This document shows positions 9,910 to 18,696 of a stretch of DNA of 64,000 bases, piece after piece. The notes beneath the pieces were generated by a model. That model did no database searches. It worked only from the letters and a program-made list of their open reading frames with translations, and was not told the origin of the DNA. Both the position numbers and the translations under genes were made by a program. Origin of the DNA: Candidatus Dormiibacterota bacterium (GTDB lineage Bacteria > Chloroflexota > Dormibacteria > Aeolococcales > Aeolococcaceae); the NCBI GenBank assembly GCA_019245575.1, contig JAFARE010000003.1, forward strand, positions 9,948-73,947. The letters run 5' to 3'. Positions within the stretch are counted from its first letter, which is position 1. Every line of letters begins with the position of its first letter.

Positions 9910-9919
9910 GGACGCGACT

Positions 9920-10246
9920 CTAGTCGGGGTCGCCGCCGAGATGGCGCAGCGACTCGAACGTGTAGATGCCGGTGTTGTGCCCGTCGGCCCACACCACGTT
10001 GAGCCCGTACGCGCCCACAAGCGAGATGTCCGCCAGCTCGTCCTCCCCGGGGCGCAGCTGCGGGTCGGTGGCAAACCGCCCGGCATAGCCGAACTCCCCC
10101 TTGCACGCCGCACATGGGCACGCCCGCCGCAACACCCCGAACGGAATGCGCTGCGTCACCCCATCCGACCACTCGATGACCAGGGCTCTGGCGGCCTCGT
10201 CGTAGCCAAACCGAGTGGGCAGAAGATCGGCCCCCCGCGACCTCAT
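9920..10246 (-). CDS. DUF971 (gamma-butyrobetaine hydroxylase-like N-terminal domain) protein
   Basis: 108 aa with 'LVIEWSDG...IPFGVLRRACPCAACKGE...VGAYGLNVVWADGHNTGIY', typical of DUF971. Confidence 0.7.
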   Translation of the reverse strand: MRSRGADLLPTRFGYDEAARALVIEWSDGVTQRIPFGVLRRACPCAACKGEFGYAGRFATDPQLRPGEDELADISLVGAYGLNVVWADGHNTGIYTFESLRHLGGDPD

Positions 10247-10487
10247 GTGGCGCCCCGGCGATGAAGCTGCAATCGGTGCCGCCGACCAGGCGAGCAGGCG
10301 AGGACGGCGAGCAGCGATAGCTGGGGCCGCCGGGCGGCAGAGGCGGACCGTCTCGGAGGCGAGACGGCACGGCTACGAGCGCAGGTCGAGCCGAGAGTCA
10401 GGGGCGGGGCGGCAGAGCCGCTCCGACCCCGTGGTCCGCCGAGTCCGCCGGCGGACCCTGTGTACCGCTGAGCGAGCGGGAAAACGG

Positions 10488-10811
10488 CTAGCGCAGCACC
10501 GACTGGAGCTTCATCGCGAGCCCCATGTCGCCCTTGATCTTGATCTTCCCACTCATGAACGCCATGGTCCCGTCGAGCTTCCCCAGGGCGAGGTCGACGA
10601 AGTCCTCGGCCTTCATCGCGATCGTGATGTTGGGGTTCTCCGGGGCACCGTGGCCGACATCGGCGGAGCCGTCCTTGAGGGCGATGTGGTATTGGCCGCC
10701 GTCGTCGCCGGAGAGGTCGAACGCGTACACCGCGTTCATGCCTTTCGACTTCGAGGGGTCGGACTTGAGCCGGCTGTCGATCTCGGTGAAGACTTCAGAA
10801 GGCGTGGGCAA
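10488..10811 (-). CDS. SCP2 sterol/lipid-binding domain protein
   Basis: 107 aa with 'AVYAFDLSG...ITIAMKAEDFVDLALGKLDGTMAFMSGKIKIKGDMGLAMKL', the SCP-2 signature. Confidence 0.8.
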   Translation of the reverse strand: MPTPSEVFTEIDSRLKSDPSKSKGMNAVYAFDLSGDDGGQYHIALKDGSADVGHGAPENPNITIAMKAEDFVDLALGKLDGTMAFMSGKIKIKGDMGLAMKLQSVLR

Positions 10812-10982
10812 GGGGGGTTCCTCCTCTGATGGGGCGGTCGCGACCGCCGCGGTCCGACGAGTCTACTGATTGCGGCCGCCAACACGGTTCGGGCCGGGCG
10901 GGGCTGAGACCCGGCTGAGAATCGGGGATCCGTGACCCGGGCTTCGCCCTCCTCTCAGGATCGGCCCGGAGAATCGAGCGCC

Positions 10983-12422
10983 ATGAGCGTGGCCACGGGG
11001 CGGCTCAGCCGCAGATCGGTGCTGGCCCTCGGCGCGGGCGGCGTCGCCACGGCCGCCGGGGCGGGGCTCCTGGTGGCGCACCTGCCCGACCTGCTGCGGC
11101 CGGCGCCCGCCGCCGCCCAGCCCACCTCGGGCTGGGCCAGCCCGCTGGGCACCGCCCGAGGCCTGGCGGCTCATCTGCTCCGCCGGGCTGGGTTCGGCTA
11201 CACGGCGGCCGAGCTGGACGCGGCCGCGGCGCTGCCATACGCGCAGCTGGTCGAGCACGTGCTGGCGCAGCAGCCGGAGCCGCTGCCCGCCGTCGCCACA
11301 CCGGGGCCGCAGCGTGTCGTCAGCGCCTGGTACGCGCACATGGCCACCACCACGGCGCAGTTCCCCGAGCGCATGACGCTCTTCTGGCACGGGGTGCTCA
11401 CCAGCAGCTTCCGCAGCGCTGCGCAGCTCCCCATCGTCGCGCAGCAGAACGCGCTGTTCCGGGACAGGGGACGCGGTGACCTGCGCTCGCTGCTGCTGGC
11501 GGTCACGTACGACCCGCTGATGATCCGCTACCTCGACCTCCAGCAGAGCACCGCCGCCGCGCCCAACGAGAACTACAGCCGGGAGCTGATGGAGCTGTTC
11601 ACCCTCGGCCCGGGCAACTACACGGAGACGGATGTGCGCGAGGGTGCTCGCGCGCTGTCCGGCATTCGCATGGTGCTGGTGGACGCGAACGGCTCGCCGG
11701 TCCCCCTGGCACGCGCGGGCATGACGGCGCAGCAGTACGCGGCGCACATCGCGCAGCTGGTGGCGCAGGGCGCGACCTTCAAGGGGATTCTCCTGCGCCG
11801 CCAGCACGATGCCGGCACCAAGACGTTCCTCGGCCGCAGCGGCAACCTCGGCCCCGAGGAGGTCGTGGACGCGATCCTGGCGCAGCCTGCGTGCGCGCAG
11901 CACGTGGCGACGCGCGCGCTGACGTACTTCTGCTCGCCCGCGCCTTCCGAGGCGCTGGTCACGTCGGTGGCCAACGCGTTTCGCAGCAGCGGCTATGACG
12001 TCACGGCGATGATGCGCGCCATCTTCACCAGCGACGACTTCGTCGCCGCCGCGAACTACCGCTCGCTGGTTCGCTCGCCCGCCGACTACATGGTCGCCGC
12101 GATGCGCGCGCTGGGCCGGCCGCAGCTCGCCGCGCTGGCCACGCGCTCTGGCCCTGGCATGGACCAGTCGCTCTACGACCCGCCCAACGTGGCCGGCTGG
12201 CCGGGCAACGCGGGCTGGGTGTCGTCCGCGGCATGGCTGGCGCGCGTCAACTTCGCGGAGCGCGCGGTGGCGCGCGGACCGATGCCCGACGCGCAGAGCG
12301 CCCTGCAGACCCAGCTCGACGGCGTCTTGAGCGACAGCACGCATGCCGTGTTGTCGCGCAGCGCATCCGAATCCGACCGCTGGTACGCGCTGCTCGCGTC
12401 ACCAGAGTTCAACCTCAAGTGA
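10983..12422 (+). CDS. DUF1800 family protein with Tat-type signal
   Basis: 'NENYSRELMELFTLGPGNYTETDVREGARALSG' is characteristic of DUF1800. The ATG at 10983 gives 'MSVATGRLSRRSVLALGAGG', a twin-arginine signal. The track start at GTG 10932 is also possible. Confidence 0.75.
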   Translation: MSVATGRLSRRSVLALGAGGVATAAGAGLLVAHLPDLLRPAPAAAQPTSGWASPLGTARGLAAHLLRRAGFGYTAAELDAAAALPYAQLVEHVLAQQPEPLPAVATPGPQRVVSAWYAHMATTTAQFPERMTLFWHGVLTSSFRSAAQLPIVAQQNALFRDRGRGDLRSLLLAVTYDPLMIRYLDLQQSTAAAPNENYSRELMELFTLGPGNYTETDVREGARALSGIRMVLVDANGSPVPLARAGMTAQQYAAHIAQLVAQGATFKGILLRRQHDAGTKTFLGRSGNLGPEEVVDAILAQPACAQHVATRALTYFCSPAPSEALVTSVANAFRSSGYDVTAMMRAIFTSDDFVAAANYRSLVRSPADYMVAAMRALGRPQLAALATRSGPGMDQSLYDPPNVAGWPGNAGWVSSAAWLARVNFAERAVARGPMPDAQSALQTQLDGVLSDSTHAVLSRSASESDRWYALLASPEFNLK

Positions 12423-12433
12423 GTGGAGCGCAC

Positions 12434-13651
12434 ATGATCACGCGACGCGACTTCCTGGTGAGCGGCCTCACGGCGACGGCGGCTGGCGTCATCGTCCCGC
12501 CGGTGCTGGCGAAGTCCGTGTTCGCCGCCACCGCCGACGGCATACACAACGACCGCGTCCTCGTGGTGGTGCAGCTTGCCGGTGGCAACGACGGGCTCAA
12601 CACGGTCGTTCCCTACGCCGACCCCGCGTACATGGATGCGCGCCCGACGCTGCGCGTGCAACCCGGCACGGTGCTGGCGCTCGACTCGCACACGGGGTTG
12701 AACCCGGCCCTGACCGGTCTCAAGCGTCTCTACGACGCGGGCGAGGTCGCCGTCGTGCAGGGCGTGGGGTATGACAACCCCTCGTATTCGCACTTCGAGA
12801 GCATGTACGTCTGGGAGCATGCCGACCCGGCGCGCCGGCAGACCGACGGATGGCTCGGCACGCTGCTGGCGAAGCAGCTCGACACGCAGGGTCATCCCCT
12901 CACGGCCTGCGCGCTCGGCGACGTGAGCACACCGCCGGAGATGCTCGCGAGCAAGGCGGAGGTCAGCGTGATCCAGTCCGTCGCCGCGTACCAGGTGCAG
13001 GGTGGCGCGTCGCGCGAATCCGCTGCTCCCGCGCTGTACCGCTCGACGCCGGGCGCGTACGGCGCGCTGTTCGACTCGGCGTTGAGCACGGCGGAAACGG
13101 GCATCGCGGCGCTGCACGCCCCGGGCGTGGCGTATTCACCTGCGGTGCCGTACACACCGAGCTCCGCCGCGTCGCCGCTGGCGACGTCGCTGCAGCTGAC
13201 GGCTGAGATGATCGTTACGCAGCCATCGGTGAAGGTCTGCCACGTGCTGTTGAGCGGGTTCGACACGCACCAGGACGAGGTGCGCCGCCAGACGGCGCTG
13301 CTGCAGCAGGTCGACGCCGCGCTGTCCGCTTTCATGCAGGACATGGCGGCGCACGGTCAGGCGGACCGCGTCGTGCTGATGACGTGGTCGGAGTTCGGCA
13401 GGCGCATCCACGAGAACGGCAGCCAGGGCACCGATCACGGCGCAGCCGCGCCGCTGTTCATCCTGGGCAAGCCGGTGAAGGGCGGCCTGTACGGCGAGAC
13501 GCCCTCACTCACGGACACGATCGACTCGGGCAATCTCAAGCACTCGGTCGACTTCCGCAGCGTGTACCAGGCGGTGGTGGGCGACTGGCTGCAAGGTGAC
13601 GCGGCGTCGGTGCTGGGCGGCGCGTTTCCCGCGCTGCCGCTCTTTCGCTGA
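12434..13651 (+). CDS. DUF1501 (sulfatase/alkaline-phosphatase-like) protein with Tat signal
   Basis: 'MITRRDFLVSGLTATAAGV' is a Tat signal. 'VVVQLAGGNDGLNTVVPY', 'GFDTHQ' and 'GTDHGAA' are typical of DUF1501. It starts 12 nt after the DUF1800 stop. Confidence 0.8.
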   Translation: MITRRDFLVSGLTATAAGVIVPPVLAKSVFAATADGIHNDRVLVVVQLAGGNDGLNTVVPYADPAYMDARPTLRVQPGTVLALDSHTGLNPALTGLKRLYDAGEVAVVQGVGYDNPSYSHFESMYVWEHADPARRQTDGWLGTLLAKQLDTQGHPLTACALGDVSTPPEMLASKAEVSVIQSVAAYQVQGGASRESAAPALYRSTPGAYGALFDSALSTAETGIAALHAPGVAYSPAVPYTPSSAASPLATSLQLTAEMIVTQPSVKVCHVLLSGFDTHQDEVRRQTALLQQVDAALSAFMQDMAAHGQADRVVLMTWSEFGRRIHENGSQGTDHGAAAPLFILGKPVKGGLYGETPSLTDTIDSGNLKHSVDFRSVYQAVVGDWLQGDAASVLGGAFPALPLFR

Positions 13652-13726
13652 ACCCGACCGCAGCGCCGTTTCAACCTCACCCTGCCGGGTGGTGTGCCCG
13701 GGCCAGAGCGTGGGTACACTCGGGAC

Positions 13727-14179
13727 ATGTGGTTTTGGGTGGTCTGGTTGGTGGCGGGGCTGTTGCTCGTCGCGGTGGAGGTGCACACGCAGGCCTTCTA
13801 CGCGGTCTTCCTGGCGCTGGGCGCGTTCGCCGCGACGATCATCACCGCCGTCGGCATCCCCGTCTGGCTCAGCGCCGTCGTCTTCGCGATCGTCGCGCTG
13901 GGCGGGACGCTGCTGGTGCGGCCCACGCTCAAGCGGATGTCGGACCGCCACATCGGTCCGCGCCTGCTGCTTCCCGGCTCATCGGACGCGCTCGTGGGTC
14001 AGCGCGCGCTCACCGTCGACGAGGTCGGCGACGAGCACCATCCGGGGCACGCCCGCCTCGCGGGTGAACGCTGGCTCGCCGTCACGGACGAACCCGGCGG
14101 CGTGAAGCCGCAGACGCAGGTGTTGGTTGTAGAAGTGCGCGGTACCACGCTCGTCGTGACGCCGTTTGCAGGGGGTTGA
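13727..14179 (+). CDS. NfeD family membrane protein
   Basis: Two or three N-terminal TM helices and a C-terminal OB-like domain ('GERWLAV...VLVVEVRGTTLVVTP'), lying immediately upstream of an SPFH gene. Confidence 0.75.
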   Translation: MWFWVVWLVAGLLLVAVEVHTQAFYAVFLALGAFAATIITAVGIPVWLSAVVFAIVALGGTLLVRPTLKRMSDRHIGPRLLLPGSSDALVGQRALTVDEVGDEHHPGHARLAGERWLAVTDEPGGVKPQTQVLVVEVRGTTLVVTPFAGG

Positions 14180-14185
14180 TCGAAC

Positions 14186-15130
14186 ATGGACCTCGCCATC
14201 GGCATCGTCATCGGCGTGATCGCCATCGTGGTTGCGATCATCGTGGCCTCCGCCATCAAGGTGGTGCCGCAGGGCTACTCCGGCGTCATCACCCGCTTCG
14301 GGCGCTTTCGCCGTGAGACGTCGCCCGGGCTCGCCATCATCACCCCGTTCCTGGACCGCCTGATCCGGGTCGACATGCGCGAGACGCCGCGCACCGGTGA
14401 CAGGCAGGACGTGATCACGCGCGACAACGTCGCCGTCGCGGTGAACGCGACCATCTTCAGCCAGATCATCGAGCCGCGCGCCGCGCTGTTCAACGTCTCC
14501 GACTACTTCGTCGCCATCGATCAGCAGGCGCGCACCACGCTGCGCAACGCCTTCGGCAACGTGACGCTGGACGAAGCGCTGTCCTCGCGTGAGCAGATCA
14601 ACGCATCGATGCAGGTGCAGATGGAGCAGGTGACGGACAAGTGGGGCATCCGGATCAACCGGATCGAGATCGTGGACATCACGCCGCCCGCGACGATCCT
14701 GCAGGCGATGGCGCTGCAGAAGCAGGCGGACCAGGAAAAGCGCGCACGCATCCTGCAGTCGGAGGGCCAGCAGCAGTCGGCGGTCAACATCGCCGATGGC
14801 AACCGGCAGGCCGCGATCAAGCAGGCGGAGGGCGAGAAGCAGGCCGCGATCCTGCGCGCTGAGGGCAACCGCCAGGCGGCGATTCTCGAGTCGGAGGGCC
14901 GCGCCCAGGCGATCCAGACCGTGTACGGCTCCATCAAGCAGGCGCAGCCCGACCCCACGCTGGTCGCCATCCTGCAGCTCGACACGCTGTCGAAGTTCGC
15001 TGACAGCGACAACACGAAGATCGTGATCCCCGCCGAGTCCGCGGGGTTGCTCGGTGCGGCGCAGGCGCTGCGCTCCGTGCTCAGTGACGCCCCCGCGCTC
15101 GACTCCGGCGGCGCCGCCACAAAGTCCTGA
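14186..15130 (+). CDS. SPFH/band-7 (stomatin-like) protein
   Basis: 314 aa with an N-terminal TM helix, 'VVPQGYSGVITRFGRF' and a coiled-coil 'QAEGEKQAAILRAEGNRQAAILESEG'. Confidence 0.9.
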   Translation: MDLAIGIVIGVIAIVVAIIVASAIKVVPQGYSGVITRFGRFRRETSPGLAIITPFLDRLIRVDMRETPRTGDRQDVITRDNVAVAVNATIFSQIIEPRAALFNVSDYFVAIDQQARTTLRNAFGNVTLDEALSSREQINASMQVQMEQVTDKWGIRINRIEIVDITPPATILQAMALQKQADQEKRARILQSEGQQQSAVNIADGNRQAAIKQAEGEKQAAILRAEGNRQAAILESEGRAQAIQTVYGSIKQAQPDPTLVAILQLDTLSKFADSDNTKIVIPAESAGLLGAAQALRSVLSDAPALDSGGAATKS

Positions 15131-15154
15131 TCCACTGACGCTGCCGGTGATCGC

Positions 15155-16537
15155 ATGAGCCAGCAGCCGGAGCTCTTCGGCGCCGGCGACCCGGCGGTGC
15201 AGCGAACCGTTGCACATGCGCACGCCGCGGATGCGCATGCGCCACTGGCCACGCGCATGCGGCCGCGCACGCTCGACGAGTTCGTGGGTCAGGGGCACGT
15301 GCTCGGCGAGGGCAGCGTGCTGCGCCGCGCCGTCGCCGGTGGCGAGGTGCCGTCGATGATCCTGTGGGGGCCGCCCGGCACCGGCAAGACAACGCTCGCG
15401 ATGCTGCTCGCCGATCTGTCGTCGGCTGCGTTCGAACCCGTGAGCGCGGCGACGGCCGGCGTCGCCGACCTTCGTGCCGTGGTGCAGCGCGCGCGCGAGC
15501 GGCAACGCGCCGGCGCGCGCACCCTGCTGTTCATCGACGAGATCCATCGCTTCAACAAGACCCAGCAGGACGCCGTGCTGCCGCATGTCGAATCGGGGCT
15601 GCTGACGCTGCTCGGTGCGACCACGGAGAACCCGTCGTTCGAGGTGAACTCGGCGCTGCTGTCGCGCACGCGGGTCGTGCGACTGGAGGCGCTGGAACCC
15701 GCCGACCTGGACACGCTCATCACACGCGCCCTGGCCGACGGCGAGCGCGGACTCGGCTCGCGCCCTGTGCAGCTCGAGGACTCGGCGCGAGCGCGGCTCA
15801 TCTCGCTGAGCGGCGGTGACGCGCGCGTGGCGCTCAACGCGCTCGAGCTCGCGGCGCAGGCTGTGGCCCGCGACTCCGACGCAGCGACGGTCACGGACCG
15901 CGACATCGAGGGCGCGCTGCAACAGCCTGCCCTGCTGTACGACCGCGCGGGCGACCAGCATTACTGGCTGATCTCGGCGTTCATCAAGTCGCTGCGCGGC
16001 AGCGATCCCGACGCCGCGGTGTACTGGATGGCGCGCATGCTCGAGGCGGGCGAGGACCCGCTCTTCGTCGCACGGCGCATGGTCATCCTCGCCGCGGAGG
16101 ACGTGGGCCTCGCGGACCCGCAGGCGCTCACCGTGGCGGTGGCGGCGCAGCAGGCCGCGCACTTCGTGGGGATGCCCGAGGGCTACCTGCCGCTCACCGA
16201 AGCAGCGCTGTACCTCGCCACCGCGCCCAAGAGCAACACCGCGCTCACGGCGTACACGTCGGCGCTGGAGGACGTCCGCGCGACCCTGCACCAGCCCGTG
16301 CCGCTGCATTTGCGCAACGCGGTGACGGGGCTGCAGCGCGCGATGGGGTTCGGCAGCGGCTACCGGTACTCGCATGCATACGACGACGCGGTGGTGGAGC
16401 AGCAGTACCTGCCCGACTCGCTGGCGGACCGCCGCTACTACGCACCCACGCGACAGGGAGCCGAGGCTCGCGTGGCCGAGCGCCTCGACGCCATCCGCCA
16501 GGAGCTTGCCCGGCGCAGGCAGGCGAGCGGGTCTTAA
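15155..16537 (+). CDS. rarA: replication-associated recombination protein A (AAA+ ATPase)
   Basis: Walker A 'GPPGTGKTT', 'LFIDEIHRFNK' and the C-terminal MgsA domain 'YDRAGDQHYWLISAFIKSLRGSDPDAAVYW'. Confidence 0.9.
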   Translation: MSQQPELFGAGDPAVQRTVAHAHAADAHAPLATRMRPRTLDEFVGQGHVLGEGSVLRRAVAGGEVPSMILWGPPGTGKTTLAMLLADLSSAAFEPVSAATAGVADLRAVVQRARERQRAGARTLLFIDEIHRFNKTQQDAVLPHVESGLLTLLGATTENPSFEVNSALLSRTRVVRLEALEPADLDTLITRALADGERGLGSRPVQLEDSARARLISLSGGDARVALNALELAAQAVARDSDAATVTDRDIEGALQQPALLYDRAGDQHYWLISAFIKSLRGSDPDAAVYWMARMLEAGEDPLFVARRMVILAAEDVGLADPQALTVAVAAQQAAHFVGMPEGYLPLTEAALYLATAPKSNTALTAYTSALEDVRATLHQPVPLHLRNAVTGLQRAMGFGSGYRYSHAYDDAVVEQQYLPDSLADRRYYAPTRQGAEARVAERLDAIRQELARRRQASGS

Positions 16538-16543
16538 GACGAA

Positions 16544-16564
16544 CGGCCGGGGCTCACCCGGCCG
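16544..16564 (+). terminator. GC hairpin after rarA
   Basis: CGGCCGGG-GCTCA-CCCGGCCG, an 8-bp stem beginning 7 nt after the stop. There is no U-tract. Confidence 0.4.
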
Positions 16565-16816
16565 GCGCGGGGGGCATCATCGGCGAAGTCCGGGGATACC
16601 CCCATCTTCCCGGCGCATCCCCCAAAAACCCTCCTTTCCCCCTCGCCGGCTCTAGCCGGCCGGCAACGAACCTAGCCCGCCCGGTCCCGAGCGCCCCATC
16701 CCCCGCGGTGGCCGGGCGGGCCGCCCCCCTTGTCCGCTTCGTTGCCGAATCTTTTCCATCGCGTTCGGCGACGCGCGCCTGCGCGGTCTACCCTGCGGTT
16801 TTGTGGGGGCAAGCAT

Positions 16817-17470
16817 GTGAGTGGTGCTGCCGAGGTGGGCGCCACCGACGCGATCCGGGTCCTCATCGTTGATGACCATCCCCTGGTCCGGCGTGGGCTG
16901 ACCTCGCTGCTCACCGGCGTGGCCGGCATCGACGTGGTCGGCGCCGTCTCGGATGGCGCGGAGGCGATCACCTCGGCGGAGCGCACCCTGCCCGACATCG
17001 TGCTCATGGACGTGTCCATGCCCGGCATGAGCGGCATGGAGGCGGCGCGCGAGCTGCGCAGCCGTGCCCCCGAGACGCGCGTGGTCATGCTGACGTCGTT
17101 CTCCCAGCACGACGTGGTGGTGGAGGCATTCGACTCCGGCGCCGTCGGGTACCTCCTTAAAGACTCGAACCCGGACGAGCTCATCAACGGCATCCGCGCG
17201 GCCGCCCGGGGCGACGCGCCGGTGTCGCCCCGCGCCGCCAAGGAGCTCATCGAGGAGCGCACCCACCGCCGCCCCATGGACGAGCTGACCCAGCGCGAGC
17301 GCGACGTCCTCAGCCTGGTGGCGCGTGGCCTGACCAACAAGCAGATCGCCTGGCGGCTCGGCATCAGCGAGAAGACCGTGAAGGCCCACCTGGGCAGCGT
17401 GTTCGACCGCCTCGGCGTGCAGGACCGCACCCAGGCCGCGCTCTGGGCGCAGAAGCACGGGGTGACCTAG
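16817..17470 (+). CDS. NarL/FixJ-family response regulator with LuxR-type HTH; no adjacent kinase
   Basis: Receiver domain 'IRVLIVDDHPLVRRG...VLMDVSMPGMSG' and HTH 'LTQRERDVLSLVARGLTNKQIAWRLGISEKTVKAHL'. The GTG at 16817 gives 217 aa. Confidence 0.85.
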   Translation: MSGAAEVGATDAIRVLIVDDHPLVRRGLTSLLTGVAGIDVVGAVSDGAEAITSAERTLPDIVLMDVSMPGMSGMEAARELRSRAPETRVVMLTSFSQHDVVVEAFDSGAVGYLLKDSNPDELINGIRAAARGDAPVSPRAAKELIEERTHRRPMDELTQRERDVLSLVARGLTNKQIAWRLGISEKTVKAHLGSVFDRLGVQDRTQAALWAQKHGVT

Positions 17471-18696
17471 GCCGGCGCGACCGTCCTGAGCGCCTCCAGC
17501 GCCTGGTCGAAGCCGGTGAGCGTCTGCTCCAGCTCGGCGTCGCCGTGTGCCGTGGAGCAGAAGGCGCTGGTGCGGAGGAGGTCCACGCCCTGCTCGCGCA
17601 TCGCGTTGGACAGTTCGGCCTGACGCCCGGGGTCGTCCAGGGCGATGTGGACGATGCTTGCGAGGCGCCACACCCGGCCCGGCTCCCCAGCTGTGTCCAT
17701 TGCGGCGCGGATCCCCGCCTCGAGGGACTGGGCGTACTCGGACGCCGCGTCCTGTGCGGAGCCATCGCCCGCCATGCGCAGCGACGCGATGCCGGCGGAG
17801 GCGGAGAGCGGGTTGGCGTTGTACGTGCCGGCGTGGGCGATCGGGCCAGCCAGGAGCTCCATCAGGTCGCGGCGCCCCGCCACGGCGCCGGCCGGCAGCC
17901 CGCCGGCCATCACCTTGCCCAGCACGGTCAGGTCGGGGGTGACGCCCAGCAGCGCCTGCATGCCGCCGGGTTCGACCCGAAATCCCGTCACCACCTCGTC
18001 GAGCACGAGCAGGGTGCCCGTGTCGTCGCACGCCCGCCGGATCGACGCCACCAGGCCGTCCTGCAGCGGGACGCCCCCGTAGTGCGCGCCCGATGCCTCC
18101 AGGATCACGGCCGCGGCGTCGCGGCCGGCCAGGGCGCGGCGCACGGCCTCGATCTCGGGAGGCACAACGCGGGTGGCCGACGCGGTGGCGGCGGCGACGC
18201 CGGGTGCGGCGACCTGTCGGCCCGCCTCGTCGAGGTCGAGGCTCACGGGGTCCGACCAGCCGTGGAAGTGACCCGCGAGCTTGACCACGATGTCGCGCCC
18301 CGTCGCCACCCGCGCGACGCGCAGCGCCAGGAGGACCGCCTCGGTGCCGGAGGCGGTGAAGCGGACCTCATCCGCCGACGGCACGAGCCCGCAGATCAGC
18401 TCAGCCCACTCAACCTCGAGCGGGTGGGCCGCGCCGTAGTGCGTGCCGCGACCCACCTGCTCGCGCACGGCCTCCACGATCGCGGGGTGGGCGTGCCCGT
18501 AGAGCAGCGCGCCGTGTCCCATCGTGTAGTCGACCAGCTCGCGCCCGTCGACCAGCCACTTGCGCGCGCCCTGGGCGCGCGCCACGTACACCGCCGGCTC
18601 GTAGGTGCGCACCACGTGCGTGCTGCCACCGGGCAGCACGCGGCGCGCGCGCGCAGCGAGGTTAGGTCTGGGCGACGCGGAGGGTTGGGAGGGCAC
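17467..18696 (-). CDS. class-III PLP aminotransferase, glutamate-1-semialdehyde aminomutase-like paralogue
   Basis: 409 aa with 'VLPGGSTHVVR' and the PLP-Lys context 'LTVLGKVMAGGLP', parallel to the hemL at 50807. Confidence 0.8.
   Translation of the reverse strand: MPSQPSASPRPNLAARARRVLPGGSTHVVRTYEPAVYVARAQGARKWLVDGRELVDYTMGHGALLYGHAHPAIVEAVREQVGRGTHYGAAHPLEVEWAELICGLVPSADEVRFTASGTEAVLLALRVARVATGRDIVVKLAGHFHGWSDPVSLDLDEAGRQVAAPGVAAATASATRVVPPEIEAVRRALAGRDAAAVILEASGAHYGGVPLQDGLVASIRRACDDTGTLLVLDEVVTGFRVEPGGMQALLGVTPDLTVLGKVMAGGLPAGAVAGRRDLMELLAGPIAHAGTYNANPLSASAGIASLRMAGDGSAQDAASEYAQSLEAGIRAAMDTAGEPGRVWRLASIVHIALDDPGRQAELSNAMREQGVDLLRTSAFCSTAHGDAELEQTLTGFDQALEALRTVAPA

Noticed and set aside
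10247-10487. 240-nt GC-rich intergenic region with several hairpins (for example GGTCCGCC...GGCGGACC at about 10441-10466 and CCGTCTC...GAGACGG at about 10348-10366). I considered it as an ncRNA or riboswitch.
   Set aside because: I could match it to no known RNA family signature (SRP, 6S, RNase P, tmRNA). The hairpins are adequately explained as the SCP2-gene terminator and a 5' leader. A covariance-model scan would be needed to say more.
10812-10931. Two CTGAGA motifs ('GGGGCTGAGACCCGGCTGAGAATCGGGG') upstream of the DUF1800 gene, reminiscent of the TPP riboswitch core.
   Set aside because: The other conserved TPP elements (the pyrimidine-sensor helix and the ACCTGATCTGGATAATGCC-like segment) are absent, and the downstream gene is unrelated to thiamine.
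13979-16375. Very long antisense ORFs in the track. This 798-aa ORF is one example. Others are 10863-12344, 3142-4890, 6002-7531, 18396-20126, 23176-24813, 24816-26207, 45947-47350, 46525-48174, 50612-52309 and 62022-63611.
   Set aside because: Each lies exactly opposite a gene with clear family motifs. Their translations are Arg/Ala/Gly/His-rich low-complexity strings with no motifs, as expected from stop-codon depletion on the antisense strand of ~70% GC coding DNA.
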